In this document: piece after piece, positions 1 through 16,518 of the stretch
Position numbering within the stretch: position 1 is the first letter of the stretch
Layout of the letters: every line of letters begins with the position of its first letter
NCBI RefSeq assembly: GCF_009914755.1
Contig: NC_060935.1
Length of the DNA stretch: 64,000 bases
Direction: 5' to 3' (one strand)
Origin: the human T2T-CHM13v2.0 reference genome, Homo sapiens
Notes under the pieces: generated by a model
Databases searched by the model: none
Seen by the model: only the letters and a program-made list of their open reading frames with translations
What the model was told of the DNA's origin: nothing
Translations under genes and position numbers: made by a program

Positions 1-23
1 CACGTCAAAGCCTTGGTTACGTG
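1..23 (-). CDS. SRPRA: SRPRA exon 12, truncated by the window edge
   Basis: ctctag|CACGTAACCAAGGCTTTGACGTG = (A)RNQGFDV. Confidence 0.9.
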
Positions 24-442
24 CTAGAGAAAGAAAGTAGTCAACTCTGAACACCTGGACTACCACTCATGCTCGTTCCCAGCTTCCTCTCAAAAAGTCC
101 TAGTTTGACTACCTGTTCACTGTCTTGGGCTCTGGATTTGGTTCCAAGGTAATGTGAGAAAAACTTGATTATATGCTTGGCCATCACCAAACATATTCAG
201 GAAAAGGAGGACAACAGGATGAAGGTGACCAAATTCAGGTTTCTCTGGTTAAGGTATATTAGCTTTGCCTGCAACTACATCTGTTACCCAAAAGCAGAGC
301 ATGGCAAGTAACTGATCTGACTTTTTACTGTAATTGACCAACGAGTCTGTAGTAGCACAAGCCTGATCTTCTGCAAATTCCAAGAGAACCCAAGGAGAAA
401 AAGGGACCCCAAATAAGCCCCCACACTTCCCATGCACTGTAC

Positions 443-656
443 CAAAAGCAATGGCTTCCATGGCAATGCCAGCAGCATCCTTGCCATAGCCCTTTTCAAA
501 CAACTGCACCATGGTGCGGCCACCATGCTTCTCTGGAGGGTGTAGGGCACTCAAACGCCGGGTGTGTGTACGCAGCTGCTCCACGGCCCCAGCACGAAAT
601 GTATCACAGGCAGCAATGAGGACACTGAAGCCATTCTCTAACAACCAGAAGGAAAT
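443..656 (-). CDS. SRPRA: SRPRA exon 11 (DTFRAGA motif)
   Basis: acag|ATTTCC...TTTTG|gtacag. Confidence 0.95.
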
Positions 657-751
657 CTGTGAAAAAGACGTAAGAAAAGTCACCTAAAGCCAGGATTTTG
701 AGACACAAGAAGTACAGAAATATCAGCGATAGGCTGGGGAACTGCACTGAC

Positions 752-924
752 CTTGGCAAGATTAGTAGATTTCCCCACTCCATTAACGCCGCAGAAGGTG
801 ACGACATAAGGGCGCTGGCGACGCTGGGCATCCATGATGTCCCGGAGCATGTCTACACGACGCTGTGGCTGCAGAATCTGCACCAGGGACTCCTGTAGGG
901 CTTGCTTTACTGTGGAAGTCACCG
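752..924 (-). CDS. SRPRA: SRPRA exon 10 (P-loop GVNGVGKST)
   Basis: tttcag|CGGTGA...CCAAG|gtcagt. Confidence 0.96.
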
Positions 925-1220
925 CTGAAAGGGGAGGTGGAGGAGGTTGCAGCTGTGAAACTCAAGGAATGCTCTCAAAAATGCCTAACACCTTTCTGAG
1001 CTAAGGGGACTAAAACAGTAAATTAGACTCTTGTCCCAGAAATCCAGAACAGACGCACATTACAAGGACTAACTCACTGAATCCTCTCAATAACCCTTAA
1101 AATCTAGGTTACAGAGGTTTAGAGGTTAAGGAATTTGCCGAAAGTCACATACCTAGTAAGAACTGAGGTCTATGCACTTAACCTACACATAAGCACTTTC
1201 TCACTTAGGTAAGTACTTAC

Positions 1221-1307
1221 TGCTGAACGTCCCCATCACCTTCCCTTCCAACTTGTTGGCAACAGATTCACAGAGCTGGACGGCAATGTCTGCAGCCACG
1301 TTCTTAG
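1221..1307 (-). CDS. SRPRA: SRPRA exon 9
   Basis: cctcag|CTAAGA...CAGCA|gtaagt; AKNVAADIAVQLCES...GTFS. Confidence 0.95.
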
Positions 1308-1446
1308 CTGAGGAGAGGGGGACAGGTATGTCAGTTCCATGTCAGCAATGACCAATCTTTATGGTACAGGTGAGAAACGCTAGGTGATTCTGCTCTCAAC
1401 TACCCCTATCCCGCGAGTATGAGTCAGCCCGGTCCTCAGAACTTAC

Positions 1447-1565
1447 CAATGAGATGATCACGCATCTTGTCCAGCACAGATTCCATGTCTTCACGACTCA
1501 AGCTCTTTGAACCCACAAGGCCCTTCAGCATACCAAACATGCCACCCAGTGTTCCCTTGGTCGCA
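1447..1565 (-). CDS. SRPRA: SRPRA exon 8
   Basis: ctgcag|TGCGAC...ATTG|gtaagt; ATKGTLGGMFGMLK...RDHLI. Confidence 0.95.
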
Positions 1566-1670
1566 CTGCAGGGACAGGAGATTACACATACACATAAAAC
1601 CAGTAGGCAGGAGTTGTATCTTACCAGTTTTGCAGATGCATATACCAACCCCCACCTGAAATTCCCCTAC

Positions 1671-1762
1671 CTAGGTTTGGTAGAGTTTTGAGCAGCCCCT
1701 TCGTCATCAGAGCTGCTGCAGTCCAGATCCTGAAGCTGCCCCCCAGACCCAGTCCCTCGAAT
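1671..1762 (-). CDS. SRPRA: SRPRA exon 7
   Basis: ttccag|ATTCGA...CCTAG|gtaggg; IRGTGSGGQLQDLDCSSSDDEG. Confidence 0.95.
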
Positions 1763-1959
1763 CTGGAAGATACGGGGAAAGGATGTGGGGTCAGGAACAC
1801 TAAGGTCTCTGAGGAAAACGTCCACATTGCTCTATCTCTTTCATTTTGGGAAGCTCCAAGTATAACTTACCCCTCATTCAAATCCCAGTATCACGTTCCC
1901 ACACTCTACTTCCTCCCAATTTGTTGTTAAAGATCACTTTGACCCCTGTTACCTCTTAC

Positions 1960-2113
1960 CAGGTTGATGTCCTCAGACAAGGCAGCCTCAGGGGTTCCAT
2001 TGGTGGTGGGAGTACTGTAATCCAACACTTCTTTGTTAGCACAGCCACCCAGTTCCCACACCCGGGGTGCTTTTTTGCCCTTCTCCTTTGGAGCATCTGA
2101 CTTCGTGGACTTG
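1960..2113 (-). CDS. SRPRA: SRPRA exon 6
   Basis: tgcag|CAAGTC...CCTG|gtaaga; KSTKSDAPKEKGKKAPRVW...DINL. Confidence 0.95.
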
Positions 2114-2246
2114 CTGCAACAGGTTATGATACAAAGAGTTATGGTGGAGAAGTAGGAAAGGAAACATGAGCCAGAGACCAGAACTCCCTTGCACCCATTG
2201 TGTCTAGATAACAGTATTTTGAGAGTACTGGAGAAAGAGTGCTCAC

Positions 2247-2406
2247 TTGGACTTCTCCATACCCCTCCCATGCTTCTGAATGAACTCCTCGCGCTTCCTG
2301 CGGATCAGCTCCTCTTTGGAAAGTTCTACTCCGTTCTCAGGACCCACTGGAAGACCTGACTTTTCTGCAGGGACTGGTTTGCTGGTAGCCAAAGGACCAT
2401 CAGAAC
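2247..2406 (-). CDS. SRPRA: SRPRA exon 5
   Basis: caacag|GTTCTG...TCCAA|gtgagc; GSDGPLATSKP...GMEKS. Confidence 0.94.
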
Positions 2407-2658
2407 CTGTTGGGGAAAAAACTCACTGAAGAAAAAAGAAGACCAATCCCAACCACTAGACAATGGCTAAAAGTCTTCCAAATTGTTCAAAGGAAATTTG
2501 GACCAAACATCTTGGAGTTCATAAGGCCTGGGGATTATAGGATGGTGACCATTTGAGTGAGAAGCAGGTAAGCAATGACAAAAGGAAGGACCACCTCAGT
2601 CCTTAGCACCGTGTTAACACCTTTCATGTCCCAGTATATCCAAAGAACTCAAACTTGC

Positions 2659-2819
2659 CTTCCTTCTTGGCCCCCTTTTTTTTGCTATTCTTTGCTTTTT
2701 CCTTGGGCTTTTCCCCCCGTGTCTCAATCATGGACCTCACAGGTTTCTTGGCCTTTTCAGAATCTTCAAATTTCTTCATGGTAGTGGGAGCACGGATCTT
2801 ACTGCTCTCCTCTGCTTCA
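2659..2819 (-). CDS. SRPRA: SRPRA exon 4 (ends at a GC donor)
   Basis: tttag|TGAAGCA...GGAAG|gcaagt; EAEESSKIRAP...KKE. Confidence 0.93.
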
Positions 2820-3032
2820 CTAAACAAAAAGGAGAATGGTTTATCTTTCTACCCCATGCAGAAGGAAAAATAACGGTCCAGAGAAAGGACTCTCACACCC
2901 AAGAGGACAATGAGAACTGGGTAGCAAATTAGGAATGTCTTTGAACACATCAATTTACCACCTTTGAACCACCTTCAGAGAGGTCATCAAATCATGGAAA
3001 TAAATTGATTTTAGAGAAGGCAGGTCTCTCAC

Positions 3033-3196
3033 CGAAGGAGCCGCAGGAAGTCATTTTGGAAATCAAAAGTGCCATTTAATAAACTTAAAGCACTTTGCTG
3101 TTGGATCTCTGTGCGGTACTTGTCCCGAAACAGCCGATGCACGTCATCTATCAATTTGTCTACATATGTCAGTGTCAGGATCTTCTGAAAACCAAC
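3033..3196 (-). CDS. SRPRA: SRPRA exon 3
   Basis: acag|GTTGGT...CTTCG|gtgaga; VGFQKILTLTY...LRLLR. Confidence 0.96.
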
Positions 3197-3486
3197 CTGT
3201 TTAGGGGAAGAAACAGCCAACAGATCTGCTTACATACTAGCCTAGAATGGAGGGACGCCAACTCAACCCTGGCTTTCAGAGATAGGTTCAGCTACCTGGC
3301 CGGTTTCCCTGTCCTGAGAGGCAGCCAAGCTCCCTGCCTGGGCCCAGTAGCTGCTGTTTTCCCCCATCTACCTTTCTAGTTTTTTCAGTTACGTCATCAT
3401 ATACACTGGCTGCAATTAATCAGAGTTCTCTTAAAAATCAGGGCTATGTTAACAATGCAATCGTCCCTCTACAACACCCCACTTAC

Positions 3487-3570
3487 CACAAACACCAGCT
3501 CAAACTGGTTGTCCAGTTTATACTTGAGTGTGAGTGCCTCATGGGTGAAGGAGTTGTTACCTCCCCGTTC
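3487..3570 (-). CDS. SRPRA: SRPRA exon 2
   Basis: ttctccag|GAACGG...TGTG|gtaagt; ERGGNNSF...ELVFV. Confidence 0.96.
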
Positions 3571-4171
3571 CTGGAGAAAGAGTATGTCTCAGTGTTCAGA
3601 CTATCCCCAGAAAACCCAGGTTTGGGCCCTGGGTTTGGATAACCTTTGGGAAAGAGCCAAACATTTCCCCCAAACTCAAATCTGTCCCCAGGACAAGAGG
3701 ATGTTGGGGCACTTCTCTCTGGCATTCCACCAGAAATAAGATAACCAAGTTGGGGGAAAAAGATGAGAGAGAGAGCAAGACACATGGGAGCCAAAAGGGA
3801 AGTAGTCATGTAAACAATCAGATTACTAGCAGCTATACACCATTTAGTTTTGTAAAGGTGTTTTCCCATCTGTTATTTCACCTAGGCTCGAAACAACAAA
3901 ACCAAGCTGCTGGGGATAAATAGAGGGAGCGGAGGAGAATCCCAAAGGCGCCGGAATTCGGCTAGAGTTGAGACACCAGAGGCGGGGGCCGTCATTAAGT
4001 TGCGGGGTAGTCTGAAGGGGACGAGAAAACGAAGCGGAGTCTGGGTTACGCGTGAGTGGTCAGTGTGAGGTGGGCGGGGAGGGTGGGAGGAGGCGCGGAA
4101 TAGAGTCGAAGGGGACCATGGATCGGGTCAGGAAAGAAGAGCCTGGAGTTCTGATCCCACGGGGACGGTAC

Positions 4172-4288
4172 CTGCAGCAGCACGGAACGAATCAACGCGT
4201 TAACGGGTCCGGTGCATGAGTCGCTAACGCCCTGGAAGCACCAGAGCACAAGCCCGCCCTTGGAGAAAATGGTGAAGAAGTCGAGCAT
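4172..4288 (-). CDS. SRPRA: SRPRA coding exon 1
   Basis: GCCGCCATG Kozak; MLDFF...SVLLQ; donor CAG|GTACCG. Confidence 0.97.
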
Positions 4289-4690
4289 GGCGGCAGCGGC
4301 AGAGGAGCTGGGGCCGGCGCCGGGAATTCAGGCCGCGTTCGCCGCCGCTTCCTGCTGCGCCAAGCGCGGGACACGTCACACCAGTGGCCCCGGAAATCGG
4401 CTCAACCGTACTTCCGCTCAGAACGCCGGGTGCCCTCCCCATCTCCGCCCGGGGGCGCGCAGGACTGACGTATCGCAAGGCCAGCCAATGGCGGGTGGGA
4501 GCGGGCCTGGGTGGGGCTCCAGGAGAGGTCACGGGGAGACGGCCACCTAGAGCATTGGGCGGGGCAGAGCCCTGAGGGCCGCTGGCCAATTGGCGCGCTC
4601 GTCTGAATGGCGTTTGGCGCGGAGCAGTGACGGCTGCGATAATAGCGAGGCAGCAGTGCAGCTTTCAGAGGGTCCGGGCTCAGAGGGGCT

Positions 4691-4775
4691 ATGATTCGGA
4701 GGGTTCTGCCGCACGGCATGGGCCGGGGCCTCTTGACCCGGAGGCCAGGCACGCGCAGAGGAGGCTTTTCTCTGG
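4691..4775 (+). CDS. FOXRED1: FOXRED1 coding exon 1 (Arg-rich mitochondrial presequence-like N-terminus)
   Basis: [28 protein letters not shown]; CTGG|gtaaag. Confidence 0.95.
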
Positions 4776-5195
4776 GTAAAGTTGAGGACGACAGAGGGTA
4801 TTGTGGTTCTGGGTTGTCCCCAACCTCCGACTGTGTGTCCTTCAGGACCCGAAACCATGGCCCACACTGGCAGGACAGTGGGTCGGCTTGGGGAAGGGGG
4901 TAAGCTTACCTACCAGAGCTTGTAGGGGCTGTGCAGGTGTATGGCTCCCAAGGCGGCCCTTTTCAGGTGGCAGGTCTCACATCATTCTCCATTTAAGCTT
5001 ACAGTCAGACTGATTGATAATCGGTGGCACAGATGTGCATTAAGTCCTGCCCGTGTTCAGGATGCTGTACTTAGTGCTGTTGCGGTAAAGGAGTGAAGAG
5101 AAGACGGGATTCAGTGAATGTTCTGGAAAATGGCTAGAGTGTACCTAGAGAGGGAAAATTTCAATAGACAGTAGGCCAGTTCAAGACTGGATAGA

Positions 5196-5499
<304 letters not shown>

Positions 5500-5809
5500 C
5501 TAGAACTCAACTTAATGCTTTGCAGTGCTAGCTAGTATAACGGTAGAAGTACATGGAGCAGGTGGGAACTGAGATCAGCCTTGGAGGATGTTTACTGGCT
5601 TAAGAAAGGTGTGTGTTCCAGTCTCTAAATAACTGAGTGCAGACTAGGAGAAAAATATTGTTCTTATGCAAGGAACTGGCAAAAGCCATCTAGATAGACG
5701 GTGTGAGTAGTAGCATGAAATGTAGTGTGGACAGGTAAGCTAAGGCCAGACCAAAGAAAGATTCCAGTGCTGCTGAGAAGAGTTTGAGTGAGGTATGAAA
5801 TGGCAAAAG

Positions 5810-6780
5810 GATTCATTTATTTAAGATACTTACTGAGCACTTAGAATATGCCGGGTGTTGCGATAGGCTGGAGATTCAGTGGTGAAGGTAAACACAGCCT
5901 CCCCCCTCATGGATTTTAGAGTATGTAACAATACAAACTGCAATTGTGTCCAAGAGATCATGTAGAGTTTGACCTGGTCTGGGGGTCAGGAAAGGCTTTC
6001 CCAAGCAAGGAATTAACTAGGCAAGGAAGTGGACACAGTTTAAAAGCAGAGAGCATGTGTAGGTTCCCTGTGGTGGGAGGAAATAAGGTGCCATCAAGGA
6101 ACTAAAGGGCCTGGAGTGTAGGGGAGGATAAGATGAACAGAAGCCAGATTGTGCAGTATCTTACAGGCTGTGTTTAAGTCTTTGGACTTTGGTTCTTAGA
6201 GTAATGGAAAACTCATTGGAGGGTTTTAAGCAAGAGGGTTTGTGATTAAATTTGTGTTTTGAAAAGATATTTCTAGCTATATTGTAAACATGTTCACAGC
6301 AGGGGGTAGGATGGAAGCGGGGAATCAGTGGGAACAGTTAGGATGCTTTTGCATTTGTCCAGTTGAGAGATGATAGTGGCTTGGCCTAGGATGATGGTGG
6401 CAGAGGAAGAAAGGGGACAGATTGAGGAGTTACTTGGAAGCCGGAGCCCGCAGAACTTGATTATGGATAGGATATAAATGTAGGTTTGGTGGTGGTGATG
6501 GATATCCAGGATAAGCATGGCACCGCTTAGCGGTGACATGCTTCAGAGGGTGCCGTGACTTGGGGTGTGCCAGGGCCTCTTGGTCCAAGGCCTGGAAGAC
6601 CCAAGTGGGGATGACAGTGCAGTTGAATATGTGAGTTGGGATCAGGAGAGGTCTATGCAGGAGGTAATGTAGAAAATTAATTTTAGGAAATTGAATCTTG
6701 CAGTGCTTGGCACAATGCATGAAAAGGGAGACTGATGGCATGTGGACTATTCAGAAAACTGTGGCAACACTGTTGGGTGC
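5810..6780 (+). mobile_element. Old L2 fragments
   Basis: attcatttatttaagatacttactgagcac... and other L2-like motifs. Confidence 0.6.
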
Positions 6781-6911
6781 AAGGTGACCTTATGAGATGG
6801 GCTGACAGTGGGGACTGCCAACTCATGTGTCTGTTTAGCTCACCTTTTCCTGTGCCCATCCTCCAACCCCCCAACCATGTGGGAAGGAAATGTTTGGCCC
6901 TCTGACCCTAA

Positions 6912-7202
<291 letters not shown>

Positions 7203-7357
7203 TAAGGACTCTAGCGACAAGGGAAGGAGAGGAGGGGAAGACCTCAATCTCGGAGGGTCCAACGGACAGAGATTGTGCTTTGGACTTTGTTGAGAAATTT
7301 TCCTAGGATCTTCCTCAGTCGAACCAGGAAGCTTGGCAATAAGGTTTGTTCTTTTGA

Positions 7358-8077
<720 letters not shown>

Positions 8078-8405
8078 TGGTTTTTACACTTTAGGTGTTC
8101 CTGTTTGCATTGCCAGCTAGCCACGAGTCTTGCTACTTTACTTCAATCATAACCTTTCATTTCCCAAATGGTAGGTCAAACGTTAATCGCCTGCCCTTGG
8201 ACTTCCAGGCCATTACCATTTTGTACCACTGTGTCAGCTCTTTCCAGATGACTGACCCTCTCTGCTCTGCACATCCACTACTAATGATTTTAAACACCAT
8301 TGCCTTCAAGTTGACTTACACATGGGTCTTAGATTATAGACTTGCAAATAGGACTCCCCTTCAACTTTAGGTGTATAGCTCGAAGCTTTCATTGCAGTAT
8401 TCTAG

Positions 8406-8612
<207 letters not shown>

Positions 8613-8679
8613 TAGCCCAGAGTGGGGAGCAGCCCAGCTAGCAAGGTAGCCAGAGAGCAAGAATGGGTCAGCCAACTAG

Positions 8680-8964
<285 letters not shown>

Positions 8965-9142
8965 TAGCTGCTTGGCAGCCAAAGGTGTTGGGTGACTCCT
9001 GCACCAGGTTAGGAAGCGAGAAAGTGGAGTTGATAAGACAGATCCCTGCGGTCTAGGACCTCAGTGTGTCAGGAAGAAAATACACAGACCTGCAATGCCC
9101 TGGGAGTGCTGTACCACAGATATGGACAAAACACTGCGAGGT

Positions 9143-9720
9143 GCTTCCTAATTTGTCAGATCATGAAAACCACCTGGAACACATCCCAGACCTAATAAAC
9201 CAGAATCTCTAGGGAAGGAGCCCACAAATCTGGGTTTTTAACAAGAACCTTAAGTCAGGAGTTAGCAAACTTTTTCTGTAAAGGGCCAGATAGTATATAT
9301 TTTAGGTTTTGCTGGCCATACAGTCTCTATTCCAACCACTTTGCTATCACAGCATGAAAGCAGCCATAGACAAAAGTGCAAATGAAGGAGTGTGGCTCAT
9401 TTATGAAAACAGGCAGCAGGTCGGATTTGGCAACCCCTGCTCTAAGTGATTCTCATGGTCAGGTGAGGGTGGGCATGTTTGTGATGCAATATGGCCAGAG
9501 GCTTTATTTGTATGTTTATTTAACAAACACCCAAGTCTCAGAGTGACATCAATTAATATCCTAAATGCTGTACAGATATTAACTCATTTAATCATCAGAA
9601 CATCCCCATTTTACATATGAGGAAACTGAGGCATAAGGCGCTAGTAAGTGGTGGCGGTAGGATCTTATTTGAAGCCAGCAGTCTGGCTTGTGAGTGTTCT
9701 GTTGGTGTGTCCGCTATGCT
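9143..9720. mobile_element. MER58-like hAT element (~9257-9440) nested in a MER5-like element, then MIR
   Basis: gcaaactttttctgtaaagggccagatag (MER58-like); ccccattttacatatgaggaaactgaggc (MIR core). Confidence 0.65.
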
Positions 9721-9847
9721 GCCTTTGAGGGACAGTGTCCCAGAGGAGATACCTGTGCTCAGGAACAGGATTGTACAAGGAGTGGAGAGGAGGTGGATCC
9801 AGGCAGGAGTGGAGGGAACAAGGTTACCACCTTGTTGTGAAAGTTCA

Positions 9848-10242
<395 letters not shown>

Positions 10243-10382
10243 CTAGGAGGCTTGGTCTTCAGCCGCTCAGCAATGAGGAAAAATAGGGGCATTTGGGGCA
10301 GAGAAGTGACATGACTGAGCTGGACTCCCCACTTGTGGAGTTGGGGTCCATACATCATCCCCCTGCACACTCCCCTCTCTGA

Positions 10383-10544
<162 letters not shown>

Positions 10545-10814
10545 TGAAGATGGAGACTAAGGGGTGCTACACGTTGGGAGTCTCGGTACTCCACAGCCAA
10601 GCTGAAGGAGGAACACTTCCCTCCTGTGTCACGGGAACTGCCCTGGGCCGTGGTAGTTCTCTGTCCTTCATCAGGCTTTGTCTCTGTGGTTCAGTTGGTT
10701 AAGATGACCTTCCCCGGCTTACAAGCCCTAGAGAGGGGTTGGGGGGCACAGGAAATACAATCCAAGAGCAGAAGTCCTCATCCCTCTTTGTGAGTTCTCT
10801 TTTTCTTATCACAG

Positions 10815-10916
10815 GGATGGAGGACGAAGGTTGGTTTGACCCCTGGTGTCTGCTCCAGGGGCTTCGGCGAAAGGTCCAGTCCTTGGGAGTCCTTTTCTGC
10901 CAGGGAGAGGTGACAC
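10815..10916 (+). CDS. FOXRED1: FOXRED1 exon 6
   Basis: acag|GGATGG...ACAC|gtgagt; [10 protein letters not shown]. Confidence 0.96.
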
Positions 10917-11220
10917 GTGAGTCTGAGCTTGTTTCCTCTAGCAACCGGGGCATAGGCCTAGACTAGGTCTTATCTTCTCACTCACAAGCTAAGCAAGGGC
11001 TGGAGGGGGAAAGGGGTCTCCCTGAGAGCAGGTCCTAGGCATCTTGACCTGGGCTCCTCACTGATCTGCGTTGTGACTTGTGATCTGCTTGATGATTGCA
11101 CCTGAGCACTGTCCTGTCAGAGTGTGGCCAAGCTCATGCCAGCTCCCTCATCTCTGTTTGCTTCAGTGTCTGTGGGAAAGCTCCCATCCTTCCAGCTTTC
11201 TTTCCTTAAGAAACCAGTGA

Positions 11221-11708
<488 letters not shown>

Positions 11709-11771
11709 TAACTGCCCTCCGGACAGCTGAGGAGGTTGGTGAGAAAGAAAGAAATGACATCGAAGTTGGAT

Positions 11772-13939
<2,168 letters not shown>

Positions 13940-13996
13940 TGAGTGGGGTGGGACATGCTGGCAAGGAGACATAGAATAATTGTCACGAAACAATCA

Positions 13997-14307
<311 letters not shown>

Positions 14308-14480
14308 AATCAGCCTTTTTTGGGGGGCTGTGTGCTGTGTTAATTGATATTAGAGCCCCCTCCAGATTTGAACTGGGACCATTTCTCCCCATCCCCTACC
14401 TGCACAGGGATTGTTAAACAAGTCTGGGCCTGTCCTTGTGTCCCAGGCAATGTAAGCGTTGTCCCCACCTCTCACTCCAG

Positions 14481-14585
14481 CAGGAAGAACCGGACCCGGC
14501 GAACCTGGAAGTGGACCATGATTTCTTCCAGGACAAGGTGTGGCCCCATTTGGCCCTGAGGGTCCCAGCTTTTGAGACTCTGAAG
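14481..14585 (+). CDS. FOXRED1: FOXRED1 exon 10
   Basis: tccag|CAGGAA...AAG|gtaact; [16 protein letters not shown]. Confidence 0.95.
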
Positions 14586-14844
14586 GTAACTGGCAAGGGC
14601 TGGTTTTCCTTTTTATTTTTGGACATTGGATGGGACAGATGACAGTGGAGCACATTGGTCCCCTCGGACCCGTGACTGCCGTAGTCCCTCCATGTCACAA
14701 CTGCTAAGGAATTTCTTGGACACATCCCATCCCATAGACCCCTCAGCAGCAGGTAGAGGGTACTCTGTGCTGAGCCCTGAGGGGAGTGAGGATGGAGTGT
14801 GGCTACAGCCTTCCCGAGAACCCCAGTGTTTTGTGCACCCGCAG

Positions 14845-15099
14845 GTTCAGAGCGCCTGGGCCGGCTATTACGACTACAACACCTTTGACCAGAATGGCGT
14901 GGTGGGCCCCCACCCGCTAGTTGTCAACATGTACTTTGCTACTGGCTTCAGTGGTCACGGGCTCCAGCAGGCCCCTGGCATTGGGCGAGCTGTAGCAGAG
15001 ATGGTACTGAAGGGCAGGTTCCAGACCATCGACCTGAGCCCCTTCCTCTTTACCCGCTTTTACTTGGGAGAGAAGATCCAGGAGAACAACATCATCTGA
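14845..15099 (+). CDS. FOXRED1: FOXRED1 exon 11 (coding part, TGA at 15097-15099)
   Basis: cgcag|GTTCAG; [11 protein letters not shown]...ENNII*. Confidence 0.96.
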   Translation, partial: VQSAWAGYYDYNTFDQNGVVGPHPLVVNMYFATGFSGHGLQQAPGIGRAVAEMVLKGRFQTIDLSPFLFTRFYLGEKIQENNII

Positions 15100-15619
15100 G
15101 CATGTGTGCTCTGCACTGGCTCCACTGGCTTGCATCCTGGCTGTGTTCACAGCCTTGTTTGCTGCTTCCATCTTCCCCAGTACTGTGCCAGGCCTTCTCC
15201 CCCTCCCCAGTGTCCTCTCCTCTCAGGCAGGCCATTGCACCCATATGGCTGGGCAGGCACAGGCAGTGAGGCCGAGGCCAATAGCGAGTGATGAGCGGGA
15301 TCCTAGGACTGATCTGTAGCCCATGCTGATGTCACCCACCAGGGCAATCCATCTGGAGGCCTGAGCACCCTGGCCCAGGACTGGCTTCATCCTGGCACTG
15401 ACCAGGAAAGACTGCCTCTGACCCTCTTAGCAGACAGAGCCCAGGCATGGGAGCACTCTGGGGCAGCCTGGCTCAGGTTTATTGATTTTCGTCTGTTTAC
15501 CCTATCCATTAATCAATACATGTAATTAACTCCTTCCCTCCAGTCTTCTGTCTCTTCTTTTCATTGTACAGCAGGAGCTTTTGAAGCACCCCATTAGCCT
15601 TATACCAGTACAGGGAGTT

Positions 15620-16025
15620 TTTTTAAAAAAAAACAAAACACGAGCACAAACCCACCTTTCATTAGTTAAATCCTTGAGCGGTGCAGTATCACACAGATTG
15701 TGTGTCTGTAGTCTTAGCAGGAAGATTGGGAATTTGGCATAAACCATGCCACTGTTTCCGTGAACCCAAGTTACTTTTTCCCAGATTACTCTGGTTTTGT
15801 TTGGTGTGCCACCAGAAGTCGCTGTGTGGTTCTTTGCTTTGTGTACATGAGCACATCTCTTGCCCAAATAGAATTCAGTTTATCCCAGGCATAAATGCTG
15901 AAATTTTAAGAAGAGCTGTGTGCCCCCTTTGGTTCTGGAAACCCCACGTACAGCCAGCAAAAATGGCCTTGGACCACAGCCTTCCTGTTCCCAGCAAGCC
16001 TCCACAGGCTCCAAGATGGCAGACA
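15620..16025 (-). pseudogene. RPL35A processed pseudogene
   Basis: Intronless, frameshifted [11 protein letters not shown]...HTALLKI / [12 protein letters not shown]...NKTRVIW.KVT..HGNSGMV.AKF matches eL33/RPL35A; no start codon. Confidence 0.92.
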
Positions 16026-16518
16026 GAGTCCTTCTTAGATCCTAGGTGGTAGGCACTTGCTTGTAAGCAAGTGCCTCCCATTCCTGAGTTCCTGCAGGGA
16101 GTTTGGTTGTAAAGAAGAGGGATGGGTTTGTCCATCTATTCTACCAAAATTTATTCAGCCCAGCTGTTGGCCAGGGTCAGGGTCACATGTTGAGATACAC
16201 CAGCAAGCAAAACATAGTCATGTCTTTGCTGGAACTTTCATAGCCCTGCACCTCCTAGCCCTTCACCCCTAGATCAGATACAGTGTGACCCCCACAGTGC
16301 TGGCATAAGCACACAACACAGACACCTCACCCAGGGTGGGACTAAGAGGGTGGCAAAGGGGTTTCTCCATGAAGCTCCTCGAGGGAAGTTGACCTCTGAG
16401 CTGAACCTAAAGGATGGGCATTTAGTGAAGTGAATGCAAGGTGGCTAAGGGAGGATCCAGGCTGAGGGCAAACCATATGTAAAGGTCCAGAGACAAGAAT
16501 TAATACGATTCAGGGATT

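Larger units (their letters stand above)
1..4288 (-). other. SRPRA: SRPRA gene span (ATG to window edge; 3' end lies outside the window)
   Basis: Spliced exons give MLDFFTIFSKGGLVLWCFQG...GVNGVGKSTNLAK...DTFRAGA (longin domain + SRP GTPase motifs); frame is continuous across all junctions. Confidence 0.98.
3940..4800. promoter_or_regulatory. CpG island / bidirectional promoter of SRPRA and FOXRED1
   Basis: CpG-dense; divergent ATGs at 4288 (-) and 4691 (+); CCAAT boxes 4485, 4554 (rev), 4586-4593; GC box 4557; ACGT/CRE-like cores 4371 and 4466. Confidence 0.9.

Noticed and set aside
4480-4600. Canonical ERSE (CCAAT-N9-CCACG) in the SRPRA promoter
   Set aside because: The CCAAT boxes checked are not followed by CCACG at the required spacing
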